Counted from the stretch's first letter, positions 40,474 through 49,099 are shown. The stretch is 64,000 bases of DNA from a virus (IMGVR_UViG_3300046115_000153:1-64000); one strand, 5' to 3'. Notes: generated by a model from the sequence alone, not told the origin. Translations and numbers: made by a program.

Positions 40474-40640
40474 GGCTCGACCGCCCACTGCCGCTGGCAG
40501 CCGCCGCACACCTGGACCTGTGCCCGGCTCAGCCCCGCCGGCCGGCTGGTCAGCAGGCAGGCGGGGTGCGCGCAGCCCACGGCCAGAGGCCGTGCCGGCC
40601 GTCGGCGTCGGGCGGTCCACCACACCCTGACCGCGATCAC
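40470..40640 (-). CDS. Cys-rich micro-protein (56 aa)
   Basis: GTGA-coupled at both ends. C-terminal part of ORF 40470..40979. Confidence 0.4.
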   Translation of the reverse strand: MIAVRVWWTARRRRPARPLAVGCAHPACLLTSRPAGLSRAQVQVCGGCQRQWAVEP

Positions 40641-41002
40641 GCGGGCCTCCCCCACCGGCGCGGCCTCGTGCACCCGCACCACGCGCCGAGGCCGAGGCAT
40701 CCCGGCCCGAACCGGTCGCGGTAGTGGCGGGCGACCGCGTGCCCGCACCCCTTGGTGCGGCAGGTGGCCCACCGGGGCCGGCGGGCGAGTAGGCCGGTCA
40801 CGGCGCCGCCCCGGTTCCGGCGCCTTCGCCTGGCGGCAGCGGCAGGACGTCGCACGCGGCGGTCGAACATCCGCTCCATGCGTCCGACGCGCTCGGCCAA
40901 CGGGGCCGTGCGCCCAGGTTCGTGCTGACCCCAGTTGATGATCCAGTCGCCGTCTCCCGTGCTGACGTAGCGGTCGCACGGCGGCGTGGGCGGTTCAGGC
41001 AC
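40637..41002 (-). CDS. zinc-finger-like protein (121 aa), motif shared with 12838..13110
   Basis: Track ORF. C..GCGH.V..H...C...C.C.RPRRWG. Confidence 0.6.
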   Translation of the reverse strand: MPEPPTPPCDRYVSTGDGDWIINWGQHEPGRTAPLAERVGRMERMFDRRVRRPAAAARRRRRNRGGAVTGLLARRPRWATCRTKGCGHAVARHYRDRFGPGCLGLGAWCGCTRPRRWGRPA

Positions 41003-41261
41003 CGATTGTCACCTCGTCTTCGTCGAACAGTTCGGCGGCGTCCGCTCCCGCTTGCAGCCACCACGGGTACGGCTCGTCGAGGTCGTCGTCGTCGAACGGG
41101 ACCGGCCAGCGCGCGGCCGAGAGGGTCCACGGGTAGGCCCATCCGGGCGGGTCGTCGACCGAGAGCAGGCCGGGTACGACGAGTTCAGGGTCGCGCGGGT
41201 CGGAGGGCAGGACGCACAGCTCCTGGCACGCCTGCCGGGCGCCGTCGTCGGGCTCAGGCAC
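40995..41261 (-). CDS. hypothetical acidic protein (88 aa)
   Basis: Track ORF. Confidence 0.6.
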   Translation of the reverse strand: MPEPDDGARQACQELCVLPSDPRDPELVVPGLLSVDDPPGWAYPWTLSAARWPVPFDDDDLDEPYPWWLQAGADAAELFDEDEVTIGA

Positions 41262-41625
41262 CGGCGCCGACCGTCTCGTCCTCGAACGGTTCGAGCATCG
41301 AGAGCAAGGTCGACTCGTCTGCCTCGGCGAGCACCGCGCGGGCGAAGTCGGTGAAGGTGTGCCGTCGCAGGAACCCGCGCTGCTCGTAGATCGCGCCGTA
41401 CGAGTCCCAGTCGTGGCCCGTGCTGTCGAGCATCGACGTGCCGCGTTCGTCGGCGCGGCGCAAGCGGGCTTCGGGCGGGTTGGAGCTGGTGTGGTCCTGC
41501 CGCGAGGTCAGATGGCCCAACATCTCCGCGCGGGTGCCCACGGCGGTCGGTGACTCGACGATCGAGGACCACTCGATGTAGAGATCGACGTCCCGCGCGC
41601 ACTTGATGATCTCGTAACCCATCAC
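41254..41625 (-). CDS. hypothetical protein (123 aa)
   Basis: Track ORF. A conserved 37-nt leader lies upstream. Confidence 0.65.
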   Translation of the reverse strand: MMGYEIIKCARDVDLYIEWSSIVESPTAVGTRAEMLGHLTSRQDHTSSNPPEARLRRADERGTSMLDSTGHDWDSYGAIYEQRGFLRRHTFTDFARAVLAEADESTLLSMLEPFEDETVGAGA

Positions 41626-41676
41626 TCGCCCCTCTCGAACATCTGCGTGACCCTCGTCGTCCTGCCGTCGTCGGGC

Positions 41677-41961
41677 TCAGGCACCGGCGGTGACCAGCCG
41701 GCCGACCCCCACCGAGCACGACGGGCAGGCTCGGACGTGGGCGGCGTGCGGGACGCACAGCCCGGTGTCCGCGTCGTCGTTGTCGGCGTGGTGCAGCGTG
41801 TAGGCCGCGTCGACCCCGCAGACGCCGTTGACGACGTCGTCGAGTCCGTCCCACGCCCGGACGTCGCCGGCCGCGAACGAGCACCGCCCGGCCGGCGTCG
41901 GGTTCATCACCACGCCGTGCCCGTCGGCGGCGTGGTGGGCGCCCATCACTACGAGGTTCAT
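41677..41961 (-). CDS. hypothetical His/Cys-containing protein (94 aa)
   Basis: Track ORF. Same conserved leader upstream. Confidence 0.55.
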   Translation of the reverse strand: MNLVVMGAHHAADGHGVVMNPTPAGRCSFAAGDVRAWDGLDDVVNGVCGVDAAYTLHHADNDDADTGLCVPHAAHVRACPSCSVGVGRLVTAGA

Positions 41962-42094
41962 CTACTCGCCCCTCTCGAACGCTTGTGCGACCCTCGGCGC
42001 GTGCGGGTGCTGCCGCTGGTCGGCGGCGGCTGGCTGGTCGGCGGCGGCTGGCTGGTCGTGCAGAAACCTGATCACGACATGCCCGCCCTTCTGA

Positions 42095-42367
42095 TCAGTT
42101 CGCGCCAGTCGACGTCAACCGGACGGCTCCCGTAGACGGCGGCGATGGTCGCGGTGACGTCGACGCGCGGATCTCGTCGCGCACGACCGCCAGCGCCAGC
42201 TCCACCCAGTCGACGTCGCCGTGACGGTCGACGTGCAACGTGTCCGGGTGGAAGGCCATGCGTCGGATCCAGTACTCGTGCCAGACCAGTAGTTCGACCG
42301 CCGCCAGCGAGGCGTCACGACCTCGGGCGCCGAGCCGTAGCGCGGAGGCGAGTTCGGCGGGGGTCAT
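42095..42367 (-). CDS. hypothetical protein (90 aa)
   Basis: Track ORF. ATGA-coupled upstream. Confidence 0.55.
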   Translation of the reverse strand: MTPAELASALRLGARGRDASLAAVELLVWHEYWIRRMAFHPDTLHVDRHGDVDWVELALAVVRDEIRASTSPRPSPPSTGAVRLTSTGAN

Positions 42368-42606
42368 GACGCCACCGCCATAGCCGGGGGCAGCCGCACG
42401 AAGGTGATGCGCCGAGGCCCCCGGACGCCGCGCGACCCGTCGGCCAGCACGATCCGCCCGTCACGTGCGAGCTCGAGAAGCGCCACCCGCGCACGCTCGG
42501 AAGTGCAGCCGACCACGTCGGCCACCTGCCGCTGGACACTGTGCCTACCGGGGGTCATCTCACCCCGCTCGCGGACGAGTTCGTAGATCCGTTCGGTGAA
42601 GTTCAC
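42364..42606 (-). CDS. putative winged-helix DNA-binding protein (80 aa)
   Basis: GTGA-coupled to the erf-like gene. C-terminal part of ORF 42364..43296. Confidence 0.5.
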   Translation of the reverse strand: MNFTERIYELVRERGEMTPGRHSVQRQVADVVGCTSERARVALLELARDGRIVLADGSRGVRGPRRITFVRLPPAMAVAS

Positions 42607-43481
42607 GCCGGCTCCCAGTTCGGCTCGTTCGGCTCTTCGACCGGGAAGTCGGCGGCGGGTGCAGTTGGAACGGCAGGCGCAGGCGGGGCCGACTTCGGCG
42701 CGAACCGCTCCCGACCGGTCCGGTCCAGCAGTGCGCCGAGCGGCTCCTCGTCGCCGACGCCGTTCGTCACCAGCGCGCCGACCATGCGGTACTGCCTGAT
42801 CTCGTGGTGGATCTGCGCCATCCGCTGGCGGGTCGTCGCCGGGTGGACGATCTCGTCCCGGTAGGACGACGGCGGGCGTACGACCGCCTCGCCTCGCTCG
42901 ACGTTCTGACTGTCCGGGTCCATGTCGCCGGTCGGGACGAGCCCGCCGTGCATCAGCAGCGTCCGCAACGCCACCGCCTGCGCCTTGGCGCTCCCCTTGT
43001 CCCCCGAGTCCAGCGACTCGCCCGCCGCCTGGACCTCGATGTGGTCGCCCTTCGGGCCGTAGATGCGGTAGGTCACGACCACCGTGCATTCGCGGGTGCT
43101 CTTGCCCGTCGAGGTCTTGGTGTCGCGGTAGGTGGGGTCGACCTTCGTCGGCAGGACGAGCACGCCGTGCAGCCGGCAGGCCGGACCGAAGACGTTCAGG
43201 GCGTCGTCGACCCCTCGGTAGTTGAACCGAGCCGGGCCCTCGGTGACCTTCTGGTCCTTGCCGATGTAGCGGACGGTCCCCATGACACGGGACCACGCGA
43301 CGTGCACGGGCACCTCGGGCGGGCCGCCAGCCGGCGGTTCCGGGATGTCGACCTCGGCCGGTGCGTACGTTTCGGGCTGGACGGGCGCGGGTGCCGGGTC
43401 GGTCTGACGTGGCCGGGCCTGTGCGGGTGAAGCCTGCCCGTTGCGCGCCAGCGTCGAGGCGCGGTCGGCGAGGGTGGTCAT
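42603..43481 (-). CDS. Erf-family single-strand annealing protein (292 aa)
   Basis: ATGA-coupled inner start of ORF 42603..44447. ...FNYRGVDDALNVFGPACRLHGV...ESLDSGDKGSAKAQAVALRTLL. Confidence 0.75.
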   Translation of the reverse strand: MTTLADRASTLARNGQASPAQARPRQTDPAPAPVQPETYAPAEVDIPEPPAGGPPEVPVHVAWSRVMGTVRYIGKDQKVTEGPARFNYRGVDDALNVFGPACRLHGVLVLPTKVDPTYRDTKTSTGKSTRECTVVVTYRIYGPKGDHIEVQAAGESLDSGDKGSAKAQAVALRTLLMHGGLVPTGDMDPDSQNVERGEAVVRPPSSYRDEIVHPATTRQRMAQIHHEIRQYRMVGALVTNGVGDEEPLGALLDRTGRERFAPKSAPPAPAVPTAPAADFPVEEPNEPNWEPA

Positions 43482-44515
43482 GACGGGATCTCCTGAAGTC
43501 TGTGCTGGCGGGCGATCCAGAGGGTCGCGCCGGGATTGCGGGTCACGCACGTCTCGTAGGCGTCGGGGAACTCGGCTGCGAGCTTCGCGAAGTCGCACTT
43601 CTCGCGGCCCTCGGTCGGGCGGAGTTCGTAGGCGAGGTCGCCGTCGAGCACCGCTGCTTGCGCCCCGCCGAGGGCGGCGAGCATCCCGACCTTCGCCGCG
43701 TCCTGCCGCGCCTTGGCCGCCTTGCCTTCGAGGCGTGCGGTCTCGTACTGCTCGAGCTGGTCGACCGCCGTGCCGGTCAGCGCCGGGAAGGCGTCGAGGT
43801 CGACGACTCCGGTCCGGTTCGGATGGAGCTGGTCGAGCAGGTCGAGCATCGGGTCGACCGGCTCTTCGCCGGTCAGCGCCGGCACGCGGCCGTCCTGGAT
43901 GTCGTCCCACGACCGGTCGACTACCGCCACGACGTCGGCGATCAGCTGCTCGTGGTCGGAGCGCCGGACGACGTACTGCCGGAAGTCGTTGCCGCCGATG
44001 AGCGTGGCGACGTGGGCGTGATCGTAGCCGGTGACGTGGATTTGCCAGAGCACCTGCGCCAGCACGTCGTCGGGAACGTTGCGCTTCCAGCTGCCGGCCT
44101 TGTACGCCGACCGGCATTTCACCTCGACGGCGCAGCGTTCGTGCTCGTCGCGGTTCATCGGGCATTCGTCGCAGCGGCGGTCGAGCGTGCACCGGTGGTG
44201 CGGGGCGTCCTTGCGGGCGATCAGCCCGACACGGCGGACCACGGACCGGTTGCGCCGAGCCCACTCGCGGGCGACCGTCTCCTCGAGCAGGGTTCCCCAG
44301 CGTGCCGGCTCGCTCTGGTCGGCGTCGTCGAGCGGCAGTTCGCCTCGTTTGTCGTAGTAGACGTGCTGCGCGGAGGCGAACGTGGAGACACCCATGACGG
44401 CGGCGACGTCGCTGGACCCGATGCCCTTGCGCCGTTCGGCGAGCCACAGGTCGCGGTCGGCCGAGGCGGGGAGGACGATCCGGTACGGCGGTGCGGTGCG
44501 GGTCGGGGACGTCAT
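43478..44515 (-). CDS. YqaJ/lambda-Exo-like recombination exonuclease (345 aa)
   Basis: ATGA-coupled inner start of ORF 43478..44548. GIGSSDVAAVMG...EVKC...Q.LWQ.HVTG. Confidence 0.8.
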   Translation of the reverse strand: MTSPTRTAPPYRIVLPASADRDLWLAERRKGIGSSDVAAVMGVSTFASAQHVYYDKRGELPLDDADQSEPARWGTLLEETVAREWARRNRSVVRRVGLIARKDAPHHRCTLDRRCDECPMNRDEHERCAVEVKCRSAYKAGSWKRNVPDDVLAQVLWQIHVTGYDHAHVATLIGGNDFRQYVVRRSDHEQLIADVVAVVDRSWDDIQDGRVPALTGEEPVDPMLDLLDQLHPNRTGVVDLDAFPALTGTAVDQLEQYETARLEGKAAKARQDAAKVGMLAALGGAQAAVLDGDLAYELRPTEGREKCDFAKLAAEFPDAYETCVTRNPGATLWIARQHRLQEIPS

Positions 44516-45288
44516 GCGGCTACCTCCGTTCCGACGAACGGACGCCACGGCCAGTCACGTCCGACCACCGCGTCCGGCTGGCGCGGGTCGGCTTTCGTGC
44601 GCAGGTACTGTTCGAATCCCGCCGCCCATTCGCTGTACCGTTCGGCCTGCCACAGGTGCAGTTCGGGCAGGGCCAGTTCGCGTAGCGGCGTGTAGTCGAG
44701 GTGACGACGGCGGCCGTTCGGGCTGACGGCGCCGGTCTCGGTGGTGCGAACCTGACGCCACACCACCCTCGCGGCCGAATAACAATCACCGAGAGCGTCG
44801 TGCGCGTCGGTGGCTTTCACCCGGTAGTGCGCTGCGAGGTCGACCAGCTTCCGTGAACCGGGCCGGTAAGGGTCGCATGCTCGATCTAGAACGAGAGGGT
44901 CGACGACGAGAACATTCGTCAGGTCGAGACCTCGGCCGGCATGGCGTCGGAGTTCGCGGTCGAGCAGGCTTACGTCGAACGAGGCGTTGCACGCGACGAC
45001 GCATTGACCTTTCGCCCACGCGCCTTCGACGAGCTGGGCGACCGCCGGTATCACGTCGGCGGGGTTCAGCCCTTCGGCTTGCGCCCGTTCGTCGGTGATT
45101 CCGTGAATCGCCTGAGCGCCTTCGGGAATCGACACTCCTGGATTTACGAGATGGCAACGCGAACGCTCGACGCCTTTCGGTCCGATCTGGACGACGGCGA
45201 TTTGGACGATGCGGTCGGTTTCGATTTCGACGCCGGTCGATTCGGTGTCGAGGACGAGCTGGGGTAGTTCCCACCACGGCGCGGTCAC
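44512..45288 (-). CDS. DnaQ-like DEDDh 3'-5' exonuclease (258 aa)
   Basis: GTGA-coupled inner start of ORF 44512..45651. Exo motifs LDTESTG, CNASFDVSLL and HDALGD. Confidence 0.8.
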   Translation of the reverse strand: MTAPWWELPQLVLDTESTGVEIETDRIVQIAVVQIGPKGVERSRCHLVNPGVSIPEGAQAIHGITDERAQAEGLNPADVIPAVAQLVEGAWAKGQCVVACNASFDVSLLDRELRRHAGRGLDLTNVLVVDPLVLDRACDPYRPGSRKLVDLAAHYRVKATDAHDALGDCYSAARVVWRQVRTTETGAVSPNGRRRHLDYTPLRELALPELHLWQAERYSEWAAGFEQYLRTKADPRQPDAVVGRDWPWRPFVGTEVAA

Positions 45289-45899
45289 GACATCCGTCCC
45301 GTCACCGCGTCGAACACGGCCATCGCGAACTCGGCGTCGGGCAGGGCCTCGTGGACCCCGACGCGATCGATCCCGAGCGCCTTGGCGAGCTTCGTCGAGT
45401 TCCACGGCAGCGTCAGGTCCGGGCATGATTCGACGGTCTCGTCGCCGGCCTGCACAGCGTGGTGCCACCAGCCGTGCAGGTACCCGTAGGCCATGGCCCC
45501 GACGTCCACCGGCCGGTAGTGCCACGTCGGCTTCAGTCCGTGGCGGGCGAGGAGCAGCCGGAGCATCCGCGCGTCGAACTGCGCGTTGGACCCGATCAGG
45601 ACGGCGTCGCGCAGCAGCTCGGCCAAACATTCGGCGAGTGTCGGAGCGCACGCCCAGGCGTCCGTGTTCGCTGCGAGACGCGGGTCACCGTAGGTGGTGT
45701 TGAGATGTGCGGTCCGCTCGTGGAACCGGCCGATCTTCAACGCCTCCGGGTCGGCTAGGTCGAGGTAGTCGGGCTGGACGAACCAGCGGAATCGCTCCTC
45801 GACGCCGGGGCGACGGCGGACGACTGCGATCTCCCACGGCTGGTGATGGTCTTCGAGGCCCGTAGTTTCAAGATCGACGAACGCTAGGGTCCCACTCAC
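45285..45899 (-). CDS. second DnaQ-like DEDDh exonuclease (204 aa)
   Basis: GTG 45899 in frame with ORF 45285..46925. Exo motifs FVDLETTG, SNAQFDARML and HEALPD. Confidence 0.7.
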   Translation of the reverse strand: MSGTLAFVDLETTGLEDHHQPWEIAVVRRRPGVEERFRWFVQPDYLDLADPEALKIGRFHERTAHLNTTYGDPRLAANTDAWACAPTLAECLAELLRDAVLIGSNAQFDARMLRLLLARHGLKPTWHYRPVDVGAMAYGYLHGWWHHAVQAGDETVESCPDLTLPWNSTKLAKALGIDRVGVHEALPDAEFAMAVFDAVTGRMS

Positions 45900-46610
45900 G
45901 GTCGCACCGTCCCCGGCCGGTCCAACCTGACCGCGTCGCTCGGTATCTCGTAGATGGCGGCCCATTCCCACGCTTCGGTGCCCTTGCCCGGGTCTACCAA
46001 CATCCAGCCGATGCCGTGGCAGGCTTCGAACGTGGCGACCCAGACACGCAGGTCGCGGGTGTTGGCAGGGCGTGCGAGGACGGCGCCGATCGGCGGCCCG
46101 CGTGCCGGTGGCGACCGATTCGGCGTCGAGTAGCAGGCCGACGACTTCGCAGGTGGTTTCGGTGTCGTGCCAGGAGCCCCGGTCGTCGGTCAGCTCGTCG
46201 CGTTGGCCGAACCTGTCGGCGATCCGGGCGAGCTGTCCGAGGGTTCGCGGGAGCCGGTCGGCGAGGTCGGCGAGTGCGGTGAGCAGGTCGGCGAGGTCGG
46301 CGGGGTGGGTGAGCCCGCCGTCGCTCGCGATCGTCAGATGGTTGACCTGCCGTATCGCTTCGGCCGCCGCGCGGGCGTGGACGACGGGTTCGGGGGTCTG
46401 GTCAGCATCTGCCGTCACCTCGACCGAGGGTGTAAACGTGCGCTCCACCCAGTAGTCGGAGTGCTCCCGTCCCAGCGTCTTCAGTGCGAGCACGGGAAGG
46501 TCGACGGTGCCCGCGCCTTGGTAGTCCTCGCACGGGAACTCCATGTGCCAGCACGACGCCTTCAGGCAGTGGTCGCAGACCGTTACGAGGGCACGGTCGT
46601 CGGCGCTCAC
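45896..46610 (-). pseudogene. hypothetical gene whose coding signal switches to the +1 frame between about 46189 and 46085 (frameshifted, recoded or sequencing error)
   Basis: Frame A (GTG 46610) is GC3-rich to about 46085 and then becomes low-GC3 read-through. Frame B is GC3-rich from about 46090 to TGA 45896-98, which overlaps the next GTG. Frame B has no start codon after its upstream stop at 46190-92. Confidence 0.5.
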
Positions 46611-46933
46611 AGGGTCACCGCCCCGACTTGGGCGTCGAGCCACGCCAGCGGCACCCACACGTAGTACTGGTCGGGGCCGTCCCACGCGACCGCGACCGGG
46701 ATCGGCGCCTTGGTCACCTCGAAACGCTCGCAGTCCTCGTGCAGGTACTCGGCGACGTAGGCGTCGCCGCCGTTGACGTACGCCTCCACGGTGGCGGTGC
46801 CGTACGCCTCCACGGTGGCGGTGTCCTGACGGTTTACGACGAAACGACCGTCCTCCCCGAGATCTGCCCAGTCGCCGTCGGCAAGCGCTCGTTCGAGTTC
46901 GGCCTGAGTCCTGACCGTCCGCCAACGCATCAC
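46607..46933 (-). CDS. hypothetical protein (108 aa) with internal 24-bp tandem duplication (TATVEAY x2)
   Basis: GTGATG-coupled inner start of ORF 46607..47077. Confidence 0.6.
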   Translation of the reverse strand: MMRWRTVRTQAELERALADGDWADLGEDGRFVVNRQDTATVEAYGTATVEAYVNGGDAYVAEYLHEDCERFEVTKAPIPVAVAWDGPDQYYVWVPLAWLDAQVGAVTL

Positions 46934-47175
46934 GCCACCGCCCCGATGCCGCGAGGCCCGTCGACCGGTGCGGCGCTCACCACGTACGGCCCGCCGACGC
47001 TGCCCCACGCCATCGCCTCGCCCGTGCCGCGCCTCGCCTCCGCGCGGCGAACGGCCTCGGCCCGCGACTCGTCGCACGGCGGGCCGGGGACGTCGACCAA
47101 CAGGTCGGCGCCCCGCTCCTGACGGAACTCGACCAGATAGGTCGTGGTCCCAGTTCCGCTACCCTCGTCTTGCAT
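46930..47175 (-). CDS. hypothetical protein (81 aa), first gene of the early operon
   Basis: Track ORF. AAGGAGGA RBS. Confidence 0.6.
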   Translation of the reverse strand: MQDEGSGTGTTTYLVEFRQERGADLLVDVPGPPCDESRAEAVRRAEARRGTGEAMAWGSVGGPYVVSAAPVDGPRGIGAVA

Positions 47176-47250
47176 CCCGTGTCCTCCTTGGTTGTCGGGG
47201 TGCGTAGGCCCTCGTCCCGGATCTCCGGTCCGGACGGGGGCCGATCACGT

Positions 47251-47544
47251 TTACGCCGCCGTTCCCCGCGCCTCGTCGCGGCAAGCGGTCCGGCTCTTCG
47301 TAAGAGGCGTCACGAGCACGAAGAGGGCGTCGAACTCGACGCCGGCCACCTCCGCGATCCTCTCCGCCAGCTTCGGCGTGCAGGACGTCCGGCGACCGGA
47401 CAGCAGGTGCCCGATCATGCCGTTCGACCGAAGCCCGAGGTCCTTGGCCAGCTGGCGTTGAGAGATCCCGGCAAGGGCCGCCCGTAGCGTGCCCGGCTGG
47501 ACGCGGAGCCGGGCCGTGGTGGTGGTCCGCACCCAGTTGCCCAA
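47251..47544 (-). CDS. XRE-family HTH regulator, Cro-like by position (93-97 aa; TTG 47544 or GTG 47532)
   Basis: Inner start of ORF 47251..47832 after GGAGGAG. ISQRQLAKDLGLRSNGMIGHLLSGRR. Confidence 0.75.
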   Translation of the reverse strand: MGNWVRTTTTARLRVQPGTLRAALAGISQRQLAKDLGLRSNGMIGHLLSGRRTSCTPKLAERIAEVAGVEFDALFVLVTPLTKSRTACRDEARGTAA

Positions 47545-47571
47545 GGTCCCGCGCTCCTCCCGTTGCCGGTT

Positions 47572-47581
47572 TGGTGTCCAC
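47572..47581 (-). promoter_or_regulatory. GTGGACACCA motif copy upstream of the Cro-like gene
   Basis: Read from the sequence. 28-40 nt upstream of the start. Followed by the inverted repeat GAGTCG-tgt-CGACTC (47588-47602) and a third GAGTCG at 47610-15. Confidence 0.6.
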
Positions 47582-47758
47582 TCTACAGAGTCGTGTCGAC
47601 TCCGCAAGAGAGTCGGGCCGATTTCGGCGGCAGGGCCGGAAGTCCCGTAGGGGTCATGTAGCCGTCGCGCCGTAGCGACGTCGGGCGATACTTGCGGCGA
47701 CACTTGCCCCGAACGACCGTGCCCCGGCGGGGCCGAGACCCTGACAGGAGCACCCCGC

Positions 47759-48337
47759 GTGACGGAAGAGGCGGGCGAGCCGACCGCGTTGCAAGAACTT
47801 ATCCTCGAGGCCAAGCGGGGCGAGGACGACATCTCCTACGCCCGGCTGGCTGCCCGCGCGGGCAGGCGGCCGGACGGCAGGCCGTGGATGCTCCCCGGCC
47901 AGATCCAGAAGTACGCGACCCTGACTTTGGAAGACCCGCCGCGCCCGGCCGCGATCACGGGGCTGGCGCGGGCGCTCAGACGGCCCGAGAGGGTCGTGCG
48001 CGCGGCGATAGGTGAGACGTTCGGGTTCCGCGACCCGTTGCCGGAGGAGGTGCGCGGTCTCAGCTACGCGCACGGGCTGGCCGAGCGTGCCGACGCGCTG
48101 GACGACCCGGTGGTACGGCAGAAAGTGCTCTGGGCGTGGGAGCACCTCCTGCGGAGCGTCGAACCGGCTCTTGACGTCGCCGTGCCGGAGACTGTCGGTG
48201 AGGTCGGGGAGGCGTTGCTGGACGCGGTCCGGGCGATGAGTGACACCCAGCGCCGCAAGGCCAGGGCCGTCCTCGACGAGGTCCTCGGCGAGGGTGACGA
48301 GGTGCCGGAGAACACGAACGGGCCGGCGCCCGCCTAG
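47759..48337 (+). CDS. hypothetical regulator, CI-like by position (192 aa)
   Basis: Track ORF. CAGGAG upstream of the GTG. Divergent from the Cro-like gene. Possible HTH around DISYARLAARAG. Confidence 0.55.
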   Translation: MTEEAGEPTALQELILEAKRGEDDISYARLAARAGRRPDGRPWMLPGQIQKYATLTLEDPPRPAAITGLARALRRPERVVRAAIGETFGFRDPLPEEVRGLSYAHGLAERADALDDPVVRQKVLWAWEHLLRSVEPALDVAVPETVGEVGEALLDAVRAMSDTQRRKARAVLDEVLGEGDEVPENTNGPAPA

Positions 48338-48540
48338 CCGTCGCCCAAGCCGGACATGGCCTCGCGGACTCTGCGCAGGACCTTCTCGGCCCCGACCGCC
48401 TGGCGTTCGGCGTCGAAGCGGTCGGCCAGCGGTAGCGACTCGTCGTTCGCCCGCGCCTTGAGGTCCCTGATCGTCCCGACCGCGTCCGCCAGCGGTGCGA
48501 ACTCCGCGTACTCCCCCGAGCCGACCGCGTTGCTGGACAT
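48334..48540 (-). CDS. hypothetical protein (68 aa)
   Basis: Inner ATG of ORF 48334..48687. Converges on 47759..48337. Confidence 0.5.
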   Translation of the reverse strand: MSSNAVGSGEYAEFAPLADAVGTIRDLKARANDESLPLADRFDAERQAVGAEKVLRRVREAMSGLGDG

Positions 48541-48775
48541 CAGAAACCCCCGGGCACACCCGCGGCCCGCGCGGCCGTGGCTCAGAACAGTAACCTCCGT
48601 CGCCCGGCGTCCAGTCGGGCGGCGAGTTCGTGACCTACCGTGATCTGCTGTTTGTGGCGGCAGCGTGACTGTTGCGTGCATGTGCACTTTGCGTCGGGCG
48701 CTGACTACGCGTCAAGCGGGGTAATCCCCTACCTACAGACGATTTCGAGCCCGGTGGGGGAACTAGTCGGGCATG

Positions 48776-49099
48776 TCAGGCGGAACGGGCGCGGCGTGCC
48801 GTTCCGCCCTGCGCGAGCCTGCGCTTCTCGGCCTTGGCCAGTCGCGCCTTGGCCATCTCGCCGCCGATCACCAGCTTGATCCGACGTTCTAGTTCGGCCG
48901 GCTCGATGGCCTCCTTGGCTTTCGCGTACTCCGGGCCGTCCGGGTCGAGCAGTCCCTTCGGGTCGACGGCCTTCCGCTCGAGCCGCAGCTCGCGGGACAG
49001 CCGCAGTTTGACCGTCGACTTCTGCGGGTCCAGCTTCAGGTGCTTGGCGTAGGCGGCGACCCGCGCCCTGTCTCTTCGCTCTCCTGGTGTGCTCCCCAT
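48776..49099 (-). CDS. Lys/Arg-rich hypothetical protein (107 aa) just downstream of the integrase
   Basis: Track ORF. Confidence 0.6.
   Translation of the reverse strand: MGSTPGERRDRARVAAYAKHLKLDPQKSTVKLRLSRELRLERKAVDPKGLLDPDGPEYAKAKEAIEPAELERRIKLVIGGEMAKARLAKAEKRRLAQGGTARRARSA

Noticed and set aside
42018-42053. Iterons or a replication origin at the 18-bp tandem repeat.
   Set aside because: There are only two copies, no AT-rich flank, and it lies in the middle of the early operon. The 21253..21760 region is a much better origin candidate.
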